A program made the position numbers and the translations under genes. The notes under the pieces are model-generated. The model saw nothing but the letters and a program-made list of their open reading frames with translations. It did no database searches and was not told the origin of the DNA. A stretch of DNA of 64,000 bases, from NCBI GenBank assembly GCA_963749705.1, contig CAVVNQ010000003.1:64001-128000 (forward strand), given 5' to 3'. Within the stretch, counting starts at the first letter, position 1. Each line of letters opens with the position of its first letter. Positions 10,613 to 20,154 of the stretch are shown piece by piece. The stretch comes from an uncultured Chloroflexia bacterium (GTDB taxonomy: Bacteria; Chloroflexota; Limnocylindria; Limnocylindrales; CSP1-4).

Positions 10613-11440
10613 TCACTCGGGCTTCCGCGCGACGATCGCAGCCGTGTCGCCGGGCCAGTCCCAGAAACGGCCGGTTGGCGTCCGAGACTCGAGCAGGCGG
10701 CGCAGATCGGCGACGAAGGCATCGAGGCGAGCACCGAATTGGTACGGGGCCGCGTACGACATCGACAGGTAGCCAGCGATCACGCCGTCGATGTCGCGCG
10801 TGATGTCGGGTCGACCGCGTGCGTAGATGGTCTTCGGCGGGCCGAAGCTGGTGCGCGCGAGCGTCGCCTCGAAACGCTCCGAGCCGAACTCGGTCACGAG
10901 GCGTTGCCCGGATCGACGTTGAGGGCCAAGGTATCGGCTGATGAGCGCTTGCACCTCCTGATCCGGAATTGGCGGATCGCCGGGCCCCGCGGGAGCCACC
11001 GAGGCGGCGGGGTCGTGGACGACGAGGACGATCGCGCCACCGGGTTCGAGCACCCGATAGACGGCGTCCGCGACGGCCTCGCGGTTCGTGCGGTGGAATG
11101 ATTGGCCGAAGGTGGTAACCCGCATCGGCGGCAGATCAAGGTCCGGTACGTCCTCAGCCGTCGCCTGGATGAAATCGATGGCCTCAACGTCGTTCGCTGC
11201 GGCGTGCTCGCGGGCTGCCCCCAGCATGTCCGGGTCAGGCTCCAGTACGGTGACGTGCTCGAAGAGGCCCGCCAGCTGGACCGCGAGCACCCCTGGCCCG
11301 GAACCGACGTCGAGAAGGCGGCCGGTGCCGTCCAGTTCGAGCTCGGCCGCGAGCGCCGCCCCCAGCTCGGCCGAGTAGGGCGGTCGTCCTGTCAGGTAGT
11401 GGCGGGCACTCCCGAGGTATTGCGTCGGGTCGTACTCCAT
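10613..11440 (-). CDS. Class I SAM-dependent methyltransferase
   Basis: Y..GRPPY start, LLDVGSGPG motif I, FGQSFH, VLEPGG. Confidence 0.9.
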   Translation of the reverse strand: MEYDPTQYLGSARHYLTGRPPYSAELGAALAAELELDGTGRLLDVGSGPGVLAVQLAGLFEHVTVLEPDPDMLGAAREHAAANDVEAIDFIQATAEDVPDLDLPPMRVTTFGQSFHRTNREAVADAVYRVLEPGGAIVLVVHDPAASVAPAGPGDPPIPDQEVQALISRYLGPQRRSGQRLVTEFGSERFEATLARTSFGPPKTIYARGRPDITRDIDGVIAGYLSMSYAAPYQFGARLDAFVADLRRLLESRTPTGRFWDWPGDTAAIVARKPE

Positions 11441-11586
11441 GGGGCGAGTTTGCATGCTCGAACGTGACGTGACATGGCGACATGCCGCGCGCCCACGTCT
11501 TGCGCTTCGCATCCGAGTTGCATGTCGGCACTCACGCCAGCCGCCTCGCTGCAGCCAGCCACTCATCCCGGCCCTCGATCGGGATC

Positions 11587-11631
11587 TCGCAGGTTGCTAA
11601 CGCGCGCCCGACACCTGCCGGGCGCGCCATT
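11587..11631 (+). repeat. Degenerate direct repeat of the tRNA-Arg 3' end (attR-like)
   Basis: CCTGCCGGGCGCGCCATT (11614-11631) matches 8665-8682 at 17/18; TCGCAGGTT (11587-11595) matches the T-arm. Confidence 0.75.
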
Positions 11632-11777
11632 TCAACCTTTTCAGGCAGCGCCAGCGCAAGACCGCGCGCGTAGGCCGCCTGAAGCACGTCTGCCTTCTCG
11701 TTCGACTTCGCCGGGGCTTGAGACCGGGAGCGACGCTTGCACTGACCTTCGGTCCCGCGGAGCGGCCGCCCGGTGGG

Positions 11778-12515
11778 TCACCCTCCGGCGGCCTGGCCGC
11801 CATCGATGTGCAGGATCTCGCCGGTGACGAACGCGGCGCGTTCGAGGTAGAGGATTCCGTCGACGACGTCGGCGATCTCGCCGACCCGACCCAAGGGGTG
11901 AAGCTCGGCCAGCCCCGCGTAGGATGCCGGATCGTGGATCGGGGTCGCGATGACGCCGAGCGAGACGGCGTTGACCCGAACGCCGCGAGACGCATATTCG
12001 ATGGCCAGGGATCGCGTCACGGCCGCCAGGCCGCCTTTGGTCAGCGCCGCCAGCGCTGATGGTCGCTCGCTCTCGGGATGTTCGACGAGGCTGGTCGTGA
12101 TGTTCACGACGTGGCCGCCGCCCTGAATCAGCATCTGCCGGATCGCCCGCTGCGTGACGTAGAAGAAGCCGGCGAGGTTGACCGCGGTAATGGCCTGAAA
12201 ATCGTCCGGCGTATAGTCGGCGAACGGCCTGCCGATGAAGATCCCGGCGTTGTTGATCAGGGTGTCGATCCGGCCAAACCGCTCGACCGCCTGCTCCACG
12301 AGGAGCTCGGCGGTTTCGGCTCGCGAGATGTCACCCTGGACCGTGAGGGTGTCGCGATCGTCGGAGGGGCCGATCGACCGCGCGTTGGCGACAACCGAGT
12401 ACCCGGCCTCGCGGTACGCCGCGACGAGCCCGGCGCCGATGCCCTGAGAGGCTCCGGTGATGACGGCGACTTTGCGGTCCGCGGCCGTCGGATCCGACGG
12501 TTTGATCTGCGTCAC
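11778..12515 (-). CDS. SDR family oxidoreductase
   Basis: TGASQGIG, NNAG, VRVNAVSLG, GEILHIDGG; GTGA overlap with the upstream VOC gene. Confidence 0.9.
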   Translation of the reverse strand: MTQIKPSDPTAADRKVAVITGASQGIGAGLVAAYREAGYSVVANARSIGPSDDRDTLTVQGDISRAETAELLVEQAVERFGRIDTLINNAGIFIGRPFADYTPDDFQAITAVNLAGFFYVTQRAIRQMLIQGGGHVVNITTSLVEHPESERPSALAALTKGGLAAVTRSLAIEYASRGVRVNAVSLGVIATPIHDPASYAGLAELHPLGRVGEIADVVDGILYLERAAFVTGEILHIDGGQAAGG

Positions 12516-12958
12516 GTTCCTGGAGGGATGGGCCAGGGCGCGAAGTCCCCGTCCGGGTCTGTGGTCTGCCCCACCTCGATCAGATGCCCGTCGGGATCGC
12601 GGATATAACACCGGATCTCGTACTCGTGCTGTTTCGGCGGCGTCAGGAATTGCGCACCGCGGGCGCTCCACTCCGCGTACACGGCCGCGATGTCCGCGAC
12701 CCGGATGTTGAGGAAGCTGCTGACCCGGTCGGGGTCGCCCGGCGTCTCCAGGGTGACCGTCGGCTTGTCGTCCGTCGGGCCGCCGCCGACGTTGATGATG
12801 ATCCACGTGTTGGCGAGCGCAACGTAGACCGGCCCATTCGAGAAGACCACCCGACCGCCGAGTACTTCAGTGTAGAAACGCCGGGAACGCTCGATGTCAT
12901 CCGAGACGATGAAGTGGGCCAGTGCAATGCCGTCTGGGGGCGGCGAGGAGTCGGCCAT
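12512..12958 (-). CDS. VOC/glyoxalase family protein
   Basis: VSDDIERSRRFYTEVLGG, YIRDPDGHLIEV. Confidence 0.9.
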   Translation of the reverse strand: MADSSPPPDGIALAHFIVSDDIERSRRFYTEVLGGRVVFSNGPVYVALANTWIIINVGGGPTDDKPTVTLETPGDPDRVSSFLNIRVADIAAVYAEWSARGAQFLTPPKQHEYEIRCYIRDPDGHLIEVGQTTDPDGDFAPWPIPPGT

Positions 12959-13284
12959 CTGGCACCTCTCTTGCCGGACTGCTGCGCGTGCGGCATCGTC
13001 GCGGCGATCCGCCTGACGCCGGGCGTGGGGCACCACATCAGGGGACTCGCCGACGAGCTGCTCGTCAAGACTACCCCGGGCGCGTCGGGAAGGTCCCCGA
13101 CAATCGGTGGTTCGAGCGAACGCTGACGACGCTCGATTTGGCGAGCCTTCACACGCTCCGCACACGTCTGTTGCGATGTCCGCGTGTATCGACCGGGCCG
13201 TGCGTCGCGAACACCGTTCCCCGGGAATCGCTGCGCCGAGCGGGACAGCCCCGGGACAGGCGCGGCCCAGTACACAATGCCCGC

Positions 13285-14304
13285 ATGGAGCACACGCCTG
13301 GCGCACTCGACGAGGCCGCATTCGAGCAGTTCGCCGAGACGTCTCGCCGGGAGCTCCAGCTCCACTGCTACCGGATGCTCGGCTCGTTCCACGATGCCGA
13401 GGACGCGGTCCAGGAGGCGTTCCTCCGTGCATGGCGGGGGCGGGAGGCATTCACGGGCCGCGGCTCGGTCCGCGGCTGGCTCCACCGAATCGCGACGAAC
13501 GTCTGCCTGCGGATGCTCGAGCGGCGTGCGATCCGGCGTCGGGTGCTGCCGGAGGTCCTTGGCCCGCCAGTCGGCTTTGAGCCGCTCGGCCACCACACGA
13601 CCGACGTCCCCTGGCTCGAGCCTTACCCGAGCTCGCCGCTCCGGGACAGCGCCGATCCTGCCCGGGACCCCGAGGCCCGCTACGAGGCTCACGAGACGAT
13701 CAGCCTCGCGTTCGTTGCGGCCCTCCAGGCCCTGCCACCCCGACAACGCGCGGCGCTGCTGCTCCGCGATGTGGTCGGTCTCTCGACGATCGAGACGGCC
13801 GCGGTCCTCGAGGCGTCCGCCGCGGCCACGAACAGCGCGCTCCAGCGCGCCCGAGCGACGATCGGGGCACGCTACCCGCGCGGTCAGCCGACCACGCCAC
13901 TCGCTCCCGACCCGGCACAGCAACGTCTCCTCGATCGCTACCTCGAGGCGTGGGACGCCGCCGATGTGGACGGCCTGGTGCGGTTGCTGGCGGCGGACGC
14001 GGCCTGGTCGATGCCACCCTGGCCGCAGTGGTACCGCGGTCGCACCGACATCGGGGCGTTCCTCCGCTGGGCGTGGCGCGACGGGGCGGGCTGCGGCCGC
14101 CTCCTGCCGGCAGGGGCCAACGGCCAGCCCGCATTCGGCTACTACCGCCGCTCGCCCGATAACCCTCGTTGGCGCCAGTTCGCGATCCAGGTGCTCGAGG
14201 TCCACGGCGGCGAGGTGCGGTCGATCACGAACTTCGTCGACGCACGGCTGTTCGAGTCGTTCGCGTTGCCGGCCGAACCGCCGGTGGGACCGGCCGACCG
14301 ATGA
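13285..14304 (+). CDS. ECF sigma factor, SigG-like, with C-terminal SnoaL domain
   Basis: HCYRMLGSFHDAEDAVQE, WLHRIATNVCL, LPPRQRAALLLRDV, SMPP..WYRGR, ANGQPAF. Confidence 0.92.
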   Translation: MEHTPGALDEAAFEQFAETSRRELQLHCYRMLGSFHDAEDAVQEAFLRAWRGREAFTGRGSVRGWLHRIATNVCLRMLERRAIRRRVLPEVLGPPVGFEPLGHHTTDVPWLEPYPSSPLRDSADPARDPEARYEAHETISLAFVAALQALPPRQRAALLLRDVVGLSTIETAAVLEASAAATNSALQRARATIGARYPRGQPTTPLAPDPAQQRLLDRYLEAWDAADVDGLVRLLAADAAWSMPPWPQWYRGRTDIGAFLRWAWRDGAGCGRLLPAGANGQPAFGYYRRSPDNPRWRQFAIQVLEVHGGEVRSITNFVDARLFESFALPAEPPVGPADR

Positions 14305-14387
14305 ATCGGGAACCGCTCGCGTATCGAGATCGGTAGGACGGCGAATTGCGCCGTCGGAGATCTCGAACGGACAGAGGAGCGTTCCCG

Positions 14388-14792
14388 ATGGCACGAACGG
14401 TGGTCACCCCCAGCCCTGGCTTCATCTCGATTGCGGTCACCGACGTCGAGCGATCCGCAGCCTTCTACGAGCAGTACCTCGGTGCGGTGCGCGACACGTT
14501 CGAGTGGGGTCCCGGCTCGGCGGTGTTCGTGGGCTGGCCCACCGTTGCCCTGAGCGGCGCCCGGCGGCCCGGTCAACCTGGTCCGTCGCCCGAGGCGACG
14601 AGCATCCAGGTCTGGTGGCGGGCGAGCGACGCGCAGGCCCTGTGCGAGGCAGCGCGGGCGGCCGGCGTCCCGATCCTGCGCGAGCCGTTCGATGGCCCGT
14701 TCGGCACGACGTTCACGATGGCGGACCCCGACGGCTACCCGATCACGGTATACGAGCGGGACCAGCCCCTCTTCTGGCCGCCCGTCGGCTGA
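14388..14792 (+). CDS. VOC/glyoxalase family protein
   Basis: VTDVERSAAFYEQYLG, PFDGPFG..F...DPDGY; GAGGAG RBS. Confidence 0.88.
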   Translation: MARTVVTPSPGFISIAVTDVERSAAFYEQYLGAVRDTFEWGPGSAVFVGWPTVALSGARRPGQPGPSPEATSIQVWWRASDAQALCEAARAAGVPILREPFDGPFGTTFTMADPDGYPITVYERDQPLFWPPVG

Positions 14793-14838
14793 GGACCAAC
14801 CCCAGGGGGGCCCGCAGCCAGCCTTGCGATCTGCAAGG

Positions 14839-15040
14839 TCAGCCCTCGGGCTGAACGGCGCGCAGCCGGAGCAGGGCAAGACCGAGGACCGTGCCGAAGA
14901 AGACCGTGTGGGCCACGATCTGGACGACGGCGTTCGTGCCATCGGGGAACCACGGCCAGCCGGGGTGGCGGCGATCGAGAGCAGGCGAGCCAGGACGGCG
15001 AGGTTGGTGATCGTCCGGGTTCGGTTCAGGAGCTGTGTCA
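14839..15040 (-). pseudogene. Possible membrane-protein gene remnant
   Basis: Coding-like C-terminus GWPWFPDGTNAVVQIVAHTVFFGTVLGLALLRLRAVQPEG* with no in-frame start. Confidence 0.35.
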
Positions 15041-15122
15041 GTGCACGCTTCGGTTCACTTTGTCTGCTCTTGATGCCTGGCAGTCGCGGTTCCTACCCAC
15101 GCATGCGAGCCTCCGTCGAAGC

Positions 15123-15842
15123 TCACGCCACCAGGGCCTGGGTCGTTGGACTGGTCGTCATCACGGCTGTTTGCGTTGGGATTCGCGCGGGCCGCCACGC
15201 CCCGCTCTGCGCGAACTCGCGGGCCTGGGCGATCGCGGAGCGGTGCCCGGCCTTCTTGAGATCCGGGCCCATGTCCATTCCGTTTGCGTGGAACACGTGG
15301 ACGTCGGTGAGCCCGACGAAGCCGAAGATGGCCCGCAGGTAGCTCTCGACGAAGTTGAACGAGGCGTACGGCTCGGTCGTGTAGTCCGAGCCGCTCGAGA
15401 TGACGAGCAGCATCGTCTTGTCCTTGATCAGTCCCTCGACCTGACCGTCGGGTGTGTACCGGAACAGGTAGCCGGGCTGGACGATCGCGTCGATGTAGTA
15501 CTTGAGCGCGTACGGAATGCCCAGGTTCCACATCGGGACCGTCAGGAGGTAGACGTCGGCGGCCATGAACTGCTCGATCGTCTGCTCGATCTGCTTCCAG
15601 GAGTCCTGGGCGTGGTCCTCGATCGCCTGACCGGTCATCAGCCGGTACTTCGACTCGATGTTCTTGCCCGCGACGGAGGGCAGGTCGGCGCGGAACAGGT
15701 CGAGGGTCGTTACGTGGAGGTCCTCGTCCTCCTCGCGGAGCGCCTCGAGCAGGCAGTTCGAGACCCGGGCGGTGTTCGAGGCGAGGCCCCGCGGCGTCGC
15801 GATCACGTGGAGGAGCTGCATGGGCGTGGACAGTGCCGTCAT
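15123..15842 (-). CDS. azoR: FMN-dependent NADH-azoreductase
   Basis: PMWNLGIPYALKYYIDAI, FRYTPDG..GL, YLRAIFGFVG. Confidence 0.9.
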   Translation of the reverse strand: MTALSTPMQLLHVIATPRGLASNTARVSNCLLEALREEDEDLHVTTLDLFRADLPSVAGKNIESKYRLMTGQAIEDHAQDSWKQIEQTIEQFMAADVYLLTVPMWNLGIPYALKYYIDAIVQPGYLFRYTPDGQVEGLIKDKTMLLVISSGSDYTTEPYASFNFVESYLRAIFGFVGLTDVHVFHANGMDMGPDLKKAGHRSAIAQAREFAQSGAWRPARIPTQTAVMTTSPTTQALVA

Positions 15843-15902
15843 TTCGCTTCCTTCCTTTCCGTCAGCTCGATGACCCCACCTTGGGCGCGTCGGGCTCGCC
15901 TG

Positions 15903-15924
15903 CCATCGGTCGTTCGACCGATGG
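15903..15924. promoter_or_regulatory. Palindrome CCATCGGTCG-TT-CGACCGATGG upstream of azoR
   Basis: Perfect 10-bp inverted repeat about 60 bp before the start codon. Confidence 0.55.
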
Positions 15925-16166
15925 GTGCTCTGCGCCGCGGGGGATTCCGCGACGATCTCGGGCACTCGAACGCCGGGCCCGACGCCTCAGTAGGCCGAGC
16001 GCCAGGCGACCACCGCCCAGGCCGGGCCCCTCAGCCGACGGAGCCAGGTCTGCAGTGCCGCACGGAACAGGAACTCCTCCATGGGTCCGTCGTTCATGAA
16101 GTTGGACGCGAAGCGTCCGAGCAGCCGAACCAGCGACCGCTGGCTCTAGACGAGCGCGATCGCGAA

Positions 16167-17089
16167 CTACGGGCAGGTCACTGCCGCGGTCCCGTCCAAC
16201 TGGCTGCCGTCGGGAGCCTTGAACGTCCCGCCGTACTCGACCGTCGATCCGTCGATCGTGAGCCCGCTCCCGTCTTCGAGGAGGGCCGACGTGTAGTTGC
16301 CATCGCTCGTGTACACGACCACCGCGCCGATCCACCGGCTGCCATCCTGGCGGCCGTCGATCTCGAGCTGGGTGTTGTCGATCGCAAGCCGGTTGATGCG
16401 CACCGTGACCGCCTCGGGCGCGACCTCGCAGGTCACGCTCTGGGCGCCGCTCAGCGCGAACACGTACGTCTGGCCACCGATCGTCGCCGTCGGATCGCCA
16501 CCGCCCGCGGCCGAGCCGCCACCCCCGGCCGAGGCGCAGTTGACCGCGACCCGGGCATCCACCTTGGTCGCGTTCGCGATATCGACGCCCACGATCCGTT
16601 CGACGCTGCCCTCGTAGCTGAGTGCGCCATCCCCGATTCCGAACGTGCCGCCAGCGCGCGTGGACGTCGCGCTGTAGCCGACGTCGCTTCCCTGCCCGGG
16701 CTTGAAGGTGAGGTTCAGGATCCAGGTGTCGCCTTGGGGGGCACCCTGCACCAGCAGATCATGTCCGTCGGCGGTCTGGAAGTTCACGACGACGCGATCG
16801 TCGGCGATCGTGCACACGTAGGCGACCCCGCCGCTCGCGCGGTACTCCAGGCGGTCCCCGTCCACCTCGGCCCACGCGGAGCCGGGATCGGCGGTGAGCG
16901 TCGCCGCGCCGATCGTGCTGCCGCCACCGTCCCCGCCGCCCCACCATCCCTGCCGCCGGTTTCGCCGGGCGTTGGTTGAGGATCGCCGCTACCGTCCGCC
17001 GCGGCCGGGGCATCGACACCCCCGCAGCCCGCGACCACAAGGGCGGCGATCCCTGTCCAGAGTCGGATTCGGGGCGCGATGGTCAGCAT
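16167..17089 (-). CDS. Two-domain hypothetical lipoprotein, frameshifted near 16940 (probable sequencing error)
   Basis: AGGAGG RBS, lipobox VAGC; adding one G to a GGGG run joins it to ORF 16167-16865; two similar beta domains, each bracketed by Cys. Confidence 0.65.
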
Positions 17090-17380
17090 CGGGAGGACCT
17101 CCTGTGCAGGCTTGTCCCGAGACGCTGGCTCGGGGCCTCCCGGCATTCCAGCGTAGCCAATGGGTCAACGTCACCCGCTCTTGGCTGCCGGCAGAGCGCA
17201 TCGCCGGCTCGGCCGGATCGGCGCCGTGGATGTGCTCACGCGAGTCAGCGTCCCAGCGATGGCGAGCGTGGCCGGCGGTAGGGGCGTCAGTCCGACAAAC
17301 CGAGCCGACGTCCGGTCGCGCCCACGGCGTCGAAGACCGCCATTACGTGGACCTGGCGGGCCGTGCGGCTGCATCGCCGG

Positions 17381-17424
17381 TTGACAGCGTCAGCCTGTCT
17401 CGCTACCTTGTCATAGAAAGGTAG
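17381..17424 (+). promoter_or_regulatory. Promoter and PadR operator
   Basis: TTGACA at 17381; inverted repeat CTACCTT (17403-17409) / AAGGTAG (17418-17424) directly before padR. Confidence 0.65.
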
Positions 17425-17425
17425 T

Positions 17426-17752
17426 GTGATGATCGACGGCTCCAAGCTCGTCGCCCTGCGCAAGGGCCTGCTCGAGTTCCTCATCCTGGGCGTCGTGTCG
17501 GCGGACGTGGTCTATGCGGCCGACATCATCCGGCGCCTGAGCACGACCGATTTCGCGACCCAGGAGGGGACCCTCTACCCCCTGCTGAGCAAGATGCGAC
17601 GAGAGGGCCTGCTCGACTACGAGTGGCAGGAGTCCGCGGCGGGTCCGCCGCGCAAGTACTACCGACTCACCGATCGGGGGCAGGCGCAATTGCGCGAGTT
17701 CCGCGAGTACTGGGCCTCCCTCACGGCCCTCATCGACGACCTCGGGAGGTAG
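17426..17752 (+). CDS. PadR family transcriptional regulator
   Basis: LRKGLLEFLIL, EGTLYPLLSKMRREG, GPPRKYYRLT. Confidence 0.93.
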   Translation: MMIDGSKLVALRKGLLEFLILGVVSADVVYAADIIRRLSTTDFATQEGTLYPLLSKMRREGLLDYEWQESAAGPPRKYYRLTDRGQAQLREFREYWASLTALIDDLGR

Positions 17753-17757
17753 ACGCC

Positions 17758-18288
17758 ATGCACAAGGTGATCACCATCGACATGGTCGGCCATGCCGATC
17801 CGTATCGCATGCACGAGGATGCGTACGAGGCGCTCAGCAGGTACCTCGACCATGCTCGATCGCGTCTCGCCGATGACCCCGACCAGGCTGAGGTCATGAG
17901 CGACCTCGAGCGTTCGATCGGGGCGAAGCTCACGGATCGCCTTGGACCCGACGATCGAACCATCAACGTCGAGGACGTCACGGCTGTCCTCGAGGAGGTC
18001 GGATCCGTTGGTGTCGATGATGGTCGGCCGCAGGCAGCCCTCGCGGATCGGCCTCGCCGCCGCCGGCTCTACCGGATTCGCGAGGGTCAGCAGATCGCCG
18101 GCGTCTGTACCGGCCTTGCTGCCTACTCCGAGATCCGCATCGACTGGATCCGGATCATCTTCCTTCTCCTCGCGGTCGTCTCGGCTGGCGTGTTCGTCCT
18201 CGTCTATTTCGTTGTTGCCTTCATGCTGCCGGTCGTCCCGACCCGCGAGGCGTGGATCGCGCAGATGAGGGTCGACGAGGAACCCTGA
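17758..18288 (+). CDS. PspC domain membrane protein
   Basis: RRLYRIREGQQIAGVCTGLAAY...WIRIIF; N-terminal EDAYEALSRYL domain typical of PadR-PspC pairs. Confidence 0.88.
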   Translation: MHKVITIDMVGHADPYRMHEDAYEALSRYLDHARSRLADDPDQAEVMSDLERSIGAKLTDRLGPDDRTINVEDVTAVLEEVGSVGVDDGRPQAALADRPRRRRLYRIREGQQIAGVCTGLAAYSEIRIDWIRIIFLLLAVVSAGVFVLVYFVVAFMLPVVPTREAWIAQMRVDEEP

Positions 18289-18350
18289 GCTCGGGCGTGC
18301 ACCACGGGCGAGCCGGCTTCGAGGACTGCACGTCGAGACGATCTCCCCCG

Positions 18351-18950
18351 CTATCCCATGGTCCGGCGCTTCGGTCCGGCGCCCTCCGGGATCTGTCCGT
18401 GAAGGTGCGGGGCGTAGACGAGCTTGATGGTCCGACCATCGAGCACGGTCGACTCGATGAGGTCCAGGTCGAACTCCGCCCCGTCGCGGAAGAGGGACGC
18501 GTATCCGGCGCGGCCCGTGATCGCGGGGAACACCATGACCTCGAGTCGATCGACGAGGCCGGCGGCGAGCAGCGCGCGGTTGAGCGAGATGCTGCCGTGC
18601 GATCGCATCGGGATGTCGGTGGTTCGCTTCAGGCGCTCGATCGCGGTCACCGCATCCTCGTTGAGGACCGTGGAGTTCTGCCACCCGAGCGGCTCCTCGA
18701 GCGTGCTGGAGAACACGATCTTGGGCAGCCTGTTCAGGCTGTCGTAGTAGGGCTCGTCGTACTGGACCACGAACTCCCGGAATCCTCGGAACGTCGTCGC
18801 GCCGAAGACAAGCACCTGCTCTTGCTCGAACGTGTGCACCCGATCGGCGATGAGCTCGGGGCCTTCCTTGCCCCAGTACCCGGGCCAGCCTTCGGCCGAG
18901 CCGTTGCCGTCGAGGCTGCAGAAGAAGTCGACTGTCAAAGTGGTGCTCAT
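18351..18950 (-). CDS. Dihydrofolate reductase/RibD C-terminal family protein
   Basis: SLDG, FGATTF, PKIVFSSTL, HGSISLNRALLAAGLVDRL. Confidence 0.9.
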   Translation of the reverse strand: MSTTLTVDFFCSLDGNGSAEGWPGYWGKEGPELIADRVHTFEQEQVLVFGATTFRGFREFVVQYDEPYYDSLNRLPKIVFSSTLEEPLGWQNSTVLNEDAVTAIERLKRTTDIPMRSHGSISLNRALLAAGLVDRLEVMVFPAITGRAGYASLFRDGAEFDLDLIESTVLDGRTIKLVYAPHLHGQIPEGAGPKRRTMG

Positions 18951-19105
18951 GCTGCTGCTCCCGTGCTCCTCACGTCGTGGCGCCGCCCCTGGCGTGCGGC
19001 CGCTCACATCTCCCACGAACACGTCCGACCAGATCCGACACAGCATGCCGGACGCATGCGAGGCGCTCCACTTCGCGCGCACCCGCAAGCCCACCGGTGG
19101 CTCAG

Positions 19106-20143
19106 CTAGACCGCCAGCCGTCCGCTGGCCAGCAGCACAGCAAGCGCGTCCACGGTCACCCACGGGTTGGAGCGGCGGGTGCTCGTCCCGCCCCAATCGA
19201 CGTCGTCGTTGCCGGGCGCGAGCGTGGTCGAGTGCCGGTAGTAGCGAGCCTCCGCCGGCCAGCCGCCGTCGGGGAGCTGCTTCGACTCCAGCAGGTCGAG
19301 CGCATCGGTGCAGCGTGGATCCCCGATCCTCCCGAGCTCGACCATCGCCCTGAGCCCGGCGAGCACGTCGTAGTGCCAGTAGAGCGGGTAGTGGAGCTTC
19401 GCGAACGCCGGGTGAATGACGCGACCGGTCGATCGGCGCCTGTACAGGCGTCGCTCGAGGAAGACCTCGCTCGCTCGCTCGGCCGCGCGACCTGACTCGA
19501 CGTCCCCCGTCAGCGCCGACCATGCCGCGAGCGCCCGCATCGGTGGCACTGTCTCCATGAACGACGAGGTGTCGGCGGTCGGATCCCTGTCGCAGTTCCA
19601 GCCCCCATCGGGCCACTGCCAGTGGAGGAGGCGCTCGACGAGGCGCGGCGCTCGGTCGTCGACCAGGCCAAGCCGGATCACCGCGAGGAGGGCGTTGCCG
19701 TGCTGGGACGCGTGGGCACGACACCGTTCGTTCATGCGCGGGATCGCTCGCACCTTGTACGCGTCGGCCTTCGTCGCGACCTCGGCATCGACGTAGAACA
19801 TGGGATCGAGCCAGGTCTCCACCACCCGGTCGCGGAGTGGCTCGAGCGCCGGATCACCGGCCGGATAGCCAAGGTCCGCAAGGGCGTGAAGCACCCAGTG
19901 GGCGCCCTGCCATTTCGCATAGGCCGGCGGCGCGTGGCCGGCCGCGGCGCCGACGTGGCGCTCGAGCAATCGACGGACCCGCGGAGACTCCCGGACCTTG
20001 GCCTGGAGCGCGCGCAGGGACGCCGACGCCGGGTCCTCGCCGAGAACGTGGACGCGGAGCTTCCAGACGATCGAGGGCTCGTCCGACACGCGCAGCGCAT
20101 CGAGCAGCGTCCTGGGATCGATCGATGTGGTCACGACGGGCAC
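19106..20143 (-). CDS. Prenyltransferase/squalene-cyclase-like alpha-barrel hypothetical protein
   Basis: YAKWQGAHW, QWPDGGWNCD, YPLYWHYDVL, QLPDGGW (QW-like repeats); start uncertain. Confidence 0.7.
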   Translation of the reverse strand: MPVVTTSIDPRTLLDALRVSDEPSIVWKLRVHVLGEDPASASLRALQAKVRESPRVRRLLERHVGAAAGHAPPAYAKWQGAHWVLHALADLGYPAGDPALEPLRDRVVETWLDPMFYVDAEVATKADAYKVRAIPRMNERCRAHASQHGNALLAVIRLGLVDDRAPRLVERLLHWQWPDGGWNCDRDPTADTSSFMETVPPMRALAAWSALTGDVESGRAAERASEVFLERRLYRRRSTGRVIHPAFAKLHYPLYWHYDVLAGLRAMVELGRIGDPRCTDALDLLESKQLPDGGWPAEARYYRHSTTLAPGNDDVDWGGTSTRRSNPWVTVDALAVLLASGRLAV

Positions 20144-20154
20144 ATCGGGCGCTG

